Position numbers and translations under genes: made by a program
Source of the DNA: an uncultured Gemmatimonadota bacterium
GTDB taxonomy: Bacteria; SM23-81
NCBI GenBank assembly: GCA_964584035.1
Contig: CAZOYL010000069.1
Location: 1 to 10,281, forward strand
Direction: 5' to 3'
Length of the DNA: 10,281 nt
Notes under the pieces: model-generated
Seen by the model: the letters and a program-made list of their open reading frames with translations, nothing else
Databases searched by the model: none
What the model was told of the DNA's origin: nothing
Part shown: in pieces, positions 1 through 6,739 of the stretch
Layout: the number at the start of each line of letters is the position of its first letter
How positions within the stretch are numbered: position 1 is the stretch's first letter

Positions 1-2
1 CC

Positions 3-455
3 AAGGCCTCCGGCCAGTACATCGACCGGCTGATCCACCGGCGGCTGCCGGCCACTGTGTTTTCGGACGATGGCTTTACCTTCGTGCATGTCAGAGATGC
101 GGCCGAGATCATCGTCCGGGCGGCCGAAAAAGAGAACAACATCGGCGAGAGGTATCTGGCCGGCAACCATCAGCTGACCTGGGGCCAGATCAGCCGGATG
201 ATCAACGAGATCTCCGGCGTGGCCCTGCCCAGGCTGTCGATGCCTGCTCCCCTGGCCTTGCTCAACGCGGCCCTGCTGACGCTGGTGGCGAACATCATCA
301 AACGGCCGCCCCTGTGGGGTATGGCCATCGACCAGATGAGGGTGATGCACGCCGGTTATACCTTCGATGGCAGCAAGGCGGAAAGGGACTTGGGAATCAC
401 GTACAGGCCCATTCGATCGGCGCTGGAAGAAGCCATCGATGCGCTGCGGGCATAG
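3..455 (+). CDS. NAD-dependent epimerase/dehydratase (extended SDR, dihydroflavonol-4-reductase-like), C-terminal part; 5' end lies outside the window
   Basis: The frame is open from base 3 (KASGQYIDRLIHRRLPATVFSDDGFTFVHVRDAAE...). Motifs FVHVRD, GERYLAG and FDGSKAERDLGITYRP are typical of the extended-SDR C-terminal half. Stop TAG at 453-455. Confidence 0.85.
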   Translation, partial: KASGQYIDRLIHRRLPATVFSDDGFTFVHVRDAAEIIVRAAEKENNIGERYLAGNHQLTWGQISRMINEISGVALPRLSMPAPLALLNAALLTLVANIIKRPPLWGMAIDQMRVMHAGYTFDGSKAERDLGITYRPIRSALEEAIDALRA

Positions 456-523
456 GCACTAGGCCGCGGGAAGCAGGCGGCATGCCGTCGGAGCAACATA
501 TCCGATCCTCTGGAGGCGGATCG

Positions 524-2533
524 ATGAACCTCAAACGCCATCTCCTTTCATGTGCCATTCTTTTTCTATGCATACACGCTCTTTCGACAGGCACAAAAGC
601 AGGGGATGTGATTTCAAGGCAGGATGACAGATCTTTCCTCATCTCGACACCCATTCCCGTCTGGGCCATTGACCATCCCTGGTATCGGGCCTCTTGGGAC
701 GACGAGGCGATCGAACGACCCGTGTGGCCGAAACGCCGCCCGCCGGAGCGTCGCATCACGACGACGGCCGCAGGGGAGAACCTGACCGCCGTCAGCCTGT
801 ACCTGAGCAACGATTTCACCGCCCCGGATGCCATCACCCTCGTCGGGCAGGTGCAGAATACCGGGGCCTCGACGGCGGATAGCATCGTTGTTCGATTCAC
901 CCTGGGCCATCCGCAGCAGGGCGGCACCCGGATCGGTGATGACCGAATTATCGGTTCTCTGGCGTCCGGCGGCACCGCCTGCGATTCGGTCTCCTGGTCC
1001 GGATGTGACGGGGTGTCGAAGATCTATTTCGTGGCCGACGCCGGCGGACAGATCGATGAGACGGACGAGACCGACAACATCGACAGCCTGACGGTGGGCA
1101 TGGTGGACCAGGTCCCCTGGGTCTGGCAGGAGGTCAACGGCTACTGCCATTATGCCAGCCAGACCATGCTGTTCAACGACCACGGGGCCGGCAACACGGT
1201 CTATGAGACCCTGGAGCTGGCCTGCTGCCCGCACTCGGTGGCCTATCAGGACGACGAGCTGTCCCTGCTCAGCGGCTGGATGCTATCCCAGGGGATCGGA
1301 GACATCGAGTTCGCCGGACAGATCCGTAACCTGAGCACCGACCTGGTCATTAAATCCACCTGGACCTCCTATCTGACTGAACTGCGGCGGCGCATCGACG
1401 CCGGCCAGCCCTGCGAGACCAGCGTGGATCCTTTCTGGCTGCCCCAGCCCGACTACGATCTGCTGCGATCCTACGGTCTGCATTCCGGGCACGGGGTCGT
1501 CATCGTGGGCTACACCGGCCGGGCCATCATCGTCAACGATCCCGGGGTGGGTCTGGCCCTCCTGGAGGAGCCGGCCATCCCCCAGCCGGAAAACCGCGGG
1601 ACCAACGTGGTCGTCGATGAGGCCACCTTCCGCAACGCGGTGGAGTGGACCTCAGGGTCCAGCTACCTGCTGCTGTCCTACGAGCCGGCCGGCGCCATGC
1701 CGACACACCCGCAGATGCTCACCCGGGCCGTGGACCGCAGCCTGTGGCGCCTGGGGGGCGACGCCGGGACCTTCGATCCATCCCTCTGGGGGACCTTCGA
1801 CCTCTACGGCCGGCTCTGTTTCCCCGCCCTGCGGGATGACGCCTCCCCGGCGAACTTCCAGCGGGTGTTCGACGACGCCATGTCCCTGACGGGCCACCAG
1901 CTCGCGGATGCATTGAACTTCCTGGCCACCTGCTGCGATCTGTGGGGCTGCGGCATCTGCTGGAATGCCGCCGCCGTCTTTTACGGCGCGCAGAGCTATC
2001 CCCAGGCCTCCCGGCTGAGCGACCTCTCGGCGCGGCTGTCCGGGAAAGGGGATCAGGCCTGGGAGGAATTTGTCGACCTGCTCAACGCCATTTACATCAA
2101 CGGCGGCAACACCGGCATCGCCGAACCCTATCTGAGCCGGATTCGGTCGATCCTCGATGAAATCACGCCGCTGGAGGACTCGGTGCTGGTGGAGATGACG
2201 GGCCTCTACGGCCACCTGACCGCGGTGGAGGACGGGGAGAGGGCCGAACGGCTGCCTCCCCGGCCGGAGCTGATGTGTTATCCCAACCCGTTCAACGGCC
2301 GAACGGTCATCCGTTTCGATCTTCCGGAGGACGGTCCCGTGCGCCTGGCCGTCTACAACATTCTGGGCCAGCGGGTGGCGGTGCTGGCCGACGGCCATCG
2401 CCCGGCCGGGCCTCACCGGATTCCCTGGGACGGCCGGGATGATCGCGGAGACGAGGTCTCCAGCGGTCTGTATTTTTGCCGCCTGGAGCATGACGGCATG
2501 TCCCGGAACGCAAAGATGCTGCTGTTGAAGTAA
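524..2533 (+). CDS. Secreted protein (669 aa): signal peptide, CARDB Ig-like domain, C39/BtrH-like papain-fold cysteine peptidase domain, helical region, FlgD-Ig/T9SS-type C-terminal domain
   Basis: Start moved to ATG 524 because GGAGG lies at 512-516 and a signal peptide follows (MNLKRHLLSCAILFLCIHALSTGTKA). CARDB signature VQNTG...VADAGGQIDETDETDN. C39-like motifs VPWVWQ..GYC (Cys codon 1145), GHGVVIVGY (His 1490) and VNDP (Asp 1538). C-terminus YPNPFN...YNILGQRV...WDGRD...SSGLYF...KMLLLK. Confidence 0.8.
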   Translation: MNLKRHLLSCAILFLCIHALSTGTKAGDVISRQDDRSFLISTPIPVWAIDHPWYRASWDDEAIERPVWPKRRPPERRITTTAAGENLTAVSLYLSNDFTAPDAITLVGQVQNTGASTADSIVVRFTLGHPQQGGTRIGDDRIIGSLASGGTACDSVSWSGCDGVSKIYFVADAGGQIDETDETDNIDSLTVGMVDQVPWVWQEVNGYCHYASQTMLFNDHGAGNTVYETLELACCPHSVAYQDDELSLLSGWMLSQGIGDIEFAGQIRNLSTDLVIKSTWTSYLTELRRRIDAGQPCETSVDPFWLPQPDYDLLRSYGLHSGHGVVIVGYTGRAIIVNDPGVGLALLEEPAIPQPENRGTNVVVDEATFRNAVEWTSGSSYLLLSYEPAGAMPTHPQMLTRAVDRSLWRLGGDAGTFDPSLWGTFDLYGRLCFPALRDDASPANFQRVFDDAMSLTGHQLADALNFLATCCDLWGCGICWNAAAVFYGAQSYPQASRLSDLSARLSGKGDQAWEEFVDLLNAIYINGGNTGIAEPYLSRIRSILDEITPLEDSVLVEMTGLYGHLTAVEDGERAERLPPRPELMCYPNPFNGRTVIRFDLPEDGPVRLAVYNILGQRVAVLADGHRPAGPHRIPWDGRDDRGDEVSSGLYFCRLEHDGMSRNAKMLLLK

Positions 2534-2561
2534 GAGACAAAAATACAAGATGCCATCCCGG

Positions 2562-2592
2562 GTAAAAGGGCGCCTTAAACGCGCCCTTTTAC
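2562..2592. terminator. Hairpin, probable intrinsic terminator
   Basis: Perfect 12-bp inverted repeat GTAAAAGGGCGC / GCGCCCTTTTAC with a 7-nt loop, 28 nt after the stop of the 524-2533 gene. Confidence 0.7.
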
Positions 2593-2604
2593 TCTGCCGG
2601 ATGA

Positions 2605-2645
2605 ATAAAAAAAGGGGCGGGTTGAATACCCGCCCCTTTTTTTAT
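2605..2645. terminator. Bidirectional rho-independent terminator between convergent genes
   Basis: Perfect 18-bp inverted repeat ATAAAAAAAGGGGCGGGT-TGAAT-ACCCGCCCCTTTTTTTAT, giving a T7 tract on each strand. Confidence 0.9.
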
Positions 2646-2669
2646 GAAATCCCGTCCATATGCCCATTC

Positions 2670-2693
2670 GGGCATGGCACACCGTGCCCCTGA
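2670..2693 (-). repeat. Possible degenerate REP-like palindrome
   Basis: The minus strand reads TCAGGGGCACGGTGTGCCATGCCC, an imperfect 8-bp stem that resembles GTAG-GGGC-type REP palindromes. Only one copy occurs in the window. Confidence 0.3.
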
Positions 2694-2705
2694 GGGCTGA
2701 CAACT

Positions 2706-5513
2706 TTATCTCAACAGCACCATCTTCCTGGTCTCGCTGAACTCCCCGGCCTGCAGACGATAGAAATACAGTCCCGAGGAGACCGGGAGGCCGCTTCCGT
2801 CGGTGCCGTTCCAGACGATCTCATGCGGCCCGGCCGGCTGCTGCCGGTTCACCAGGGTAACCACCTCCTGGCCGAGAACATTATAGACGGCCAGCCTGGC
2901 CTGGCCGTCCTGCGCCAGGGCATAACGGATGGTGGTCTCGGGATTGAACGGATTGGGGTAGTTCTGATGCAGAACATAGCGATGCGGCATGGCCGGCTGC
3001 GGTTCGGTGTCTTCCGGCACGGCGGTGGTGACATCATCGACGTAGCCGGTCCGCCGGGCACAGCCGCGGTACATCGGCCAGGCGATATCGACCGTACTGA
3101 CCGTCGAGTAATCGTAGATGTGCACACCCTCGGTGGACCCGGTGGCGATCTCGAGATCGCCGTCGTTGTCCAGGTCGCCCACCACCGGAGAGGACATGGG
3201 AATGCCGCTGGCCTCCATGGGCACGCTCAGCAGCAGCGACCCGTCCGTATCGATGTGCACCAGCTGGTCGGGCGGCACGGTGACCACGGCCTCCAGAGCG
3301 CCGTCGCTGTCGATGTCGACGATGGCCGGCGAGGACCACAGGACCTTTCCGGTGTGGTATGGCCAGCCGTAGATGCCTATGCCCTGATGGGTGACGGCAT
3401 AGATGCCGCCGTCCTGGGCGGTGAAGATGACGTCCAGGCGGCTGTCGCCATTGATGTCGGCGATGGCCGGCGAGGAGCGGATGGCGCCGTTGGAACGGTA
3501 GTCCCACAGCACGGAGCCGTCCGGATTGATGGCATAGAGATGTTTGTCGTCGGACCCGAAGATGACCTCCAAAGAGCCGTTCTTATCCAGATCGGCCACC
3601 ACCGGTCCCGACCAGATGGCCCCGCCCGTGGATACCGGGAAGCCGTCCAGGGGCATGCCCGTTTGGGCGTTGAGGGCGTAAAAATCGCCGGTCTGAGTGC
3701 CTACCATGATATCCAGGGTGCCGTCGCCGTCCAGATCAGCCAGGGCGGCATCGGCCATGACCGGACCGCCCAGCACGATGGGGAAGGGTGTCTTTTTCTC
3801 GCCCAGATTGGTGAGCACGTGGATCTCCGAACTCATCGTTCCGACCACGATCTCCGGCGTGCCGTCGCTCTCCAGGTCGGCGATGGCCGGGGTGCCCAGG
3901 ATGTCGGCGCCCATGTTCCGCTTAAACAGCAGGCCGCCGTGATGATTCAGGGCGTAGAGGGTATCGTTCTTGGAGCCGAAGACGATGTCGTCTCTGCCGT
4001 CGCCGTTGAGATCGCCCATGGCCGCCGAGCCCCATATCTGTCCGTTGCAATCTAAGGAATAGGCGGGCACCTCCTGGCCGTCGGCCTCCCACATGTGCAA
4101 CCGGCCGCTGTCCTCCAGGGACAGGAGCCGCCGGGGGCCGCCGCGATACCAGACCATCAGCGGAGAGCAGCGCATTCCCGCGGCCGTGTTGACCGGCCAG
4201 CCGGGATGGTCCACCACCAGCGGCATGGTGATGGTTGCTTCTTTTGAGTAGGGCAGCGAGCCGTCGGCGGTGCCGTTCAGATAGACGTTGAATTCGATGG
4301 GGGCGATGCCGATCTGCTCGGACAGCTGGACGGAGAAGGGCGTCTGATCGTTGACGCAGGTGCCGCCGTCGGGAAGATCCGGAAAGGTGGTCATGACGTT
4401 GATCGGGGAAACCCGAGGATCGGTGGACACCATGAAGCCGCTGAGATCGGTCAGGCTGGCGTAAGTCTGGGGGGAGCTCAGGGTCAGGGTGAAATCGAAG
4501 GCTTCGCCGGGATCGGGAACGCCGTCTCCGTTGCCGCCGGTTTGATCCATGATGGTGTAATTTTCGATCGACACATAGCCCGGCGCCGGCGCCGGGGTCA
4601 TCCAGCGAACGTAATCCTCGATGCCCACCTCATTGGTGCCCATGCGGATGCGGAAGAAACCGTCCTCTCCCCAGCCGGGTCCCCAGCTGTTCTTGCAGAT
4701 CCAGCAGCTGTCGGCGTCGCTCCAGCCGATGATGCTGACGCAGTGGCCGCCGGCCACCTCGCCCCAGGTCTGCTCGTAGACGCCGCCGTTGTAGCTCATG
4801 AAATCGTCATACACGGTGTAGCTGCAGGCCACCGGTCCGTCCATCAGGGCGGTCTTGATGTTGGCCACACCCGCCGCCGGGGAGGAATAGGGAACGTTGC
4901 CCCAATCGAGGATCTTCCGGGCCTGTTGCTGCCAGTCGGAACAGGTCACCGCCTCGCAGTCCACATCGACCGCCTGGTAAGGTAGGCAGGATTCCAGCGG
5001 GGCGCCCTCATACTGCAGATAGTCGTGCGATTCGGAGGTGCCCCAGCCATAATCGCAGAAGCCGCCGCCGCAGGAAAAGATGTGCTGCTCGGAGAGGTCC
5101 AGGTCCGTGCCGGGCTGGTTCTGGACGATCTGAATACGGCCCTCGAAGGTGGCCAGGGTCCCGAAGGCCACGCAGCTGCCGCAGCCGGCCTGGTTGCGAA
5201 TCGGGGTGATGTAATTGGCGCCCTCGTAATTCCGCCAGTCCAGGGCGTCCGGGGTGTCTTTTCTGACCGGCGTGTTCATCCTGGCGTTGGCCTGAAAGAC
5301 CTCCAGAGGCTCCTCGATGGCGCCGCACAGCCGCCGTTGTTCCTCGCGGCTGAGACGAAAGATGGGATTGTCGCCGGCCGTCCAGTGAGCTCCCTTGGCC
5401 TCGATGGCGGCCCGGATCTGGGCCAGGTCGGCCTCGTCCATGGCCAGGGCCGAGGAACTGAGCAACAGAGCGATGAGCAGGGATCCAGCGATCACGCAGA
5501 GAGTCCGGTACAT
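2706..5513 (-). CDS. Secreted papain-family (C1A) cysteine peptidase with propeptide, Ig-like domain, FG-GAP/VCBS beta-propeller and FlgD-Ig/T9SS-type C-terminal domain (935 aa)
   Basis: RBS GGAAGGGGAG 7 nt before the ATG, then a signal peptide (MYRTLCVIAGSLLIALLLSSSALA). C1A motifs LDWR, IRNQAGCGSCVAF, LSEQH, GGHCVSIIGW, ICKNSWGPGWGEDGFFRI. Seven DxDxDG-like repeats. C-terminus QNYPNPFNPET...SSGLYFYRL...KMVLLR. Confidence 0.93.
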   Translation of the reverse strand: MYRTLCVIAGSLLIALLLSSSALAMDEADLAQIRAAIEAKGAHWTAGDNPIFRLSREEQRRLCGAIEEPLEVFQANARMNTPVRKDTPDALDWRNYEGANYITPIRNQAGCGSCVAFGTLATFEGRIQIVQNQPGTDLDLSEQHIFSCGGGFCDYGWGTSESHDYLQYEGAPLESCLPYQAVDVDCEAVTCSDWQQQARKILDWGNVPYSSPAAGVANIKTALMDGPVACSYTVYDDFMSYNGGVYEQTWGEVAGGHCVSIIGWSDADSCWICKNSWGPGWGEDGFFRIRMGTNEVGIEDYVRWMTPAPAPGYVSIENYTIMDQTGGNGDGVPDPGEAFDFTLTLSSPQTYASLTDLSGFMVSTDPRVSPINVMTTFPDLPDGGTCVNDQTPFSVQLSEQIGIAPIEFNVYLNGTADGSLPYSKEATITMPLVVDHPGWPVNTAAGMRCSPLMVWYRGGPRRLLSLEDSGRLHMWEADGQEVPAYSLDCNGQIWGSAAMGDLNGDGRDDIVFGSKNDTLYALNHHGGLLFKRNMGADILGTPAIADLESDGTPEIVVGTMSSEIHVLTNLGEKKTPFPIVLGGPVMADAALADLDGDGTLDIMVGTQTGDFYALNAQTGMPLDGFPVSTGGAIWSGPVVADLDKNGSLEVIFGSDDKHLYAINPDGSVLWDYRSNGAIRSSPAIADINGDSRLDVIFTAQDGGIYAVTHQGIGIYGWPYHTGKVLWSSPAIVDIDSDGALEAVVTVPPDQLVHIDTDGSLLLSVPMEASGIPMSSPVVGDLDNDGDLEIATGSTEGVHIYDYSTVSTVDIAWPMYRGCARRTGYVDDVTTAVPEDTEPQPAMPHRYVLHQNYPNPFNPETTIRYALAQDGQARLAVYNVLGQEVVTLVNRQQPAGPHEIVWNGTDGSGLPVSSGLYFYRLQAGEFSETRKMVLLR
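3040..4210 (-). repeat. FG-GAP/VCBS calcium-binding coding repeats (7 canonical plus 1 degenerate blade)
   Basis: GDLNGDG, ADLESDG, ADLDGDG, ADLDKNG, ADINGDS, VDIDSDG and GDLDNDG recur about every 45 aa, followed by WPMYRGCARRTG. Boundaries are approximate. Confidence 0.85.
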
Positions 5514-5564
5514 ATTAAAACTCCCCTTCCTGTTAAGGTTGCAGCCCGAGGGGTTGACATCTTA

Positions 5565-5593
5565 ATTTTAGCATAATTTTCCGGGCGTGTCAA
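5565..5593 (-). promoter_or_regulatory. Sigma70-type promoter for the C1A peptidase gene
   Basis: Minus strand TTGACA (5593-5588), 17-nt spacer, then TAAAAT (5570-5565) with an extended -10 TG (TGC-TAAAAT). It lies about 50 nt upstream of the start codon. Confidence 0.8.
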
Positions 5594-5769
5594 GGGAAAA
5601 TGTCCTCTCCGCGGCACTTTTCATCGGATGCGGGAGATAAAATCCAGGCAGTGGCTCCGGGCGCCCTGGTGCTGAAAATTATTGCGCCCCAGGCTGTCCG
5701 GTTGTATGTTCTCTGCGTCCGAAGCTGACCTTCAATATGGACATCATCATGACCCGAAGGAGCCTGCCG

Positions 5770-6519
5770 ATGGCCATCAAGAATTCACGGATCATCCTTT
5801 TTCTTTTCCCGGCCCTGCTGCTCTCCTGCGGCGGCGGTCCGGAGACGACCCGGACGGCCTGGATCGATGAACCTCAGGACCGGTGGCCGCAGATCGCCAT
5901 GGTCAACGAGATCGAATATGTCGACCAGTACTTTCCGGTGGCCGGCTGTTCTTTTCTTCTGGAGGCCGGCGGCGACACGGTGGCGGCCACAGCCAAGCAC
6001 GTCCTGATCTATTTCAAGTCCGACTCGATGCGGACGATCTCCTTTGACAGCACCCTGGTGAGCTGGACGATGCACCCCAAGGACAATCCCGGCGACCGCG
6101 TCGTGGTCGGCCGGCTGATCAACGAGGATCCCGCCGAACGCATCGAGTACGCTCCCTCGAGAAACGATTGGCTGCTGTTCGAGATCGCCCGGGCCGCGCC
6201 CGGCATCGAGCCGCTGCGGTTCCGGGAAAAACCCCTGGCCGAGGGCGAGACGGTCTACATCGTCGGCTGGCGCTACACCGATCTCGACTGCCGGCAGAGA
6301 GTTTACCAGGGCAAACTGGCCGGCTGGGAAAACGGCGAGGTGATCATCTCCACCGAGGAGCTGGCCGACAACACCATCCCCGGTCTCAGCGGCGCTCCGG
6401 TGATCGATTCCGACGGCCGCCTGATCGGTTTGATGTCGCAGAAGCACGGTCAGATGGAGAGACTGTCGGGGATCGAGTATGCCCGGGAGGTGCTCGAAAG
6501 AGCCGCCGGGCCGTATTAA
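5770..6519 (+). CDS. Lipoprotein with trypsin-like (S1, Trypsin_2-type) serine protease domain (249 aa)
   Basis: AAGGAG at 5757-5762 precedes ATG 5770. Lipoprotein signal MAIKNSRIILFLFPALLLS-C. Catalytic triad motifs TAKHV (His), NDWLLF (Asp) and PGLSGAPV..SDGRLIGL (Ser). Confidence 0.85.
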   Translation: MAIKNSRIILFLFPALLLSCGGGPETTRTAWIDEPQDRWPQIAMVNEIEYVDQYFPVAGCSFLLEAGGDTVAATAKHVLIYFKSDSMRTISFDSTLVSWTMHPKDNPGDRVVVGRLINEDPAERIEYAPSRNDWLLFEIARAAPGIEPLRFREKPLAEGETVYIVGWRYTDLDCRQRVYQGKLAGWENGEVIISTEELADNTIPGLSGAPVIDSDGRLIGLMSQKHGQMERLSGIEYAREVLERAAGPY

Positions 6520-6616
6520 CCGGCGGCTTTCTATTTTACGGGCAACTTTTCGCCGTCGCGCGGGTATAGTGAGGCAGGGACGGCCGGGCCCCCGGTTCTA
6601 TTCCTATATTGTGTCC

Positions 6617-6670
6617 ATGAACCTGGCGCTGGTCCTGGTTATCATCGGGCTGGTCTTCAGAAGCGTTTGA
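6617..6670 (+). CDS. Putative 17-aa hydrophobic small protein or gene remnant (MNLALVLVIIGLVFRSV)
   Basis: TATATT (6605-6610) ends 6 nt before the ATG, the geometry of a leaderless transcript. Codons CTG GCG CTG GTC CTG GTT ATC ATC GGG CTG GTC TTC match the GC3-rich usage of neighbouring genes. Confidence 0.3.
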   Translation: MNLALVLVIIGLVFRSV

Positions 6671-6739
6671 GCGGGTACCGGCCGCCGGGTGAAGCGATAC
6701 GATAGAAGCGGGAATTCTTTCTCGAGAAGGAGATTGGTG

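Noticed and set aside
3..455. Hopanoid locus (HpnA-like epimerase plus HpnP/HpnJ-like radical SAM)
   Set aside because: The two genes are 8 kb apart, no squalene or hopene genes are visible, and family-level similarity is too general to assign symbols.
314..523. N-terminal 70-aa extension of the 739-aa ORF
   Set aside because: It overlaps the epimerase gene and has no protein-like character. The RBS and signal peptide point to ATG 524.
2823..4055. 410-aa + strand ORF and other long antisense ORFs (614-1234, 1652-2548, 5785-6447, 6956-8062, 8973-9623)
   Set aside because: These are shadow ORFs opposite well-supported genes, expected in high-GC3 DNA, and they show no recognisable motifs.
3040..4210. 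Periodic DNA similarity as a CRISPR array or tandem repeat element
   Set aside because: The periodicity is degenerate and fully explained by FG-GAP protein repeats. There are no identical repeats with spacers.
6689..6739. GTG 6689 start for the S41 gene (and ATG 5737 for the lipoprotein)
   Set aside because: Better AAGGAG-spaced starts at 6740 and 5770 give canonical signal peptides.
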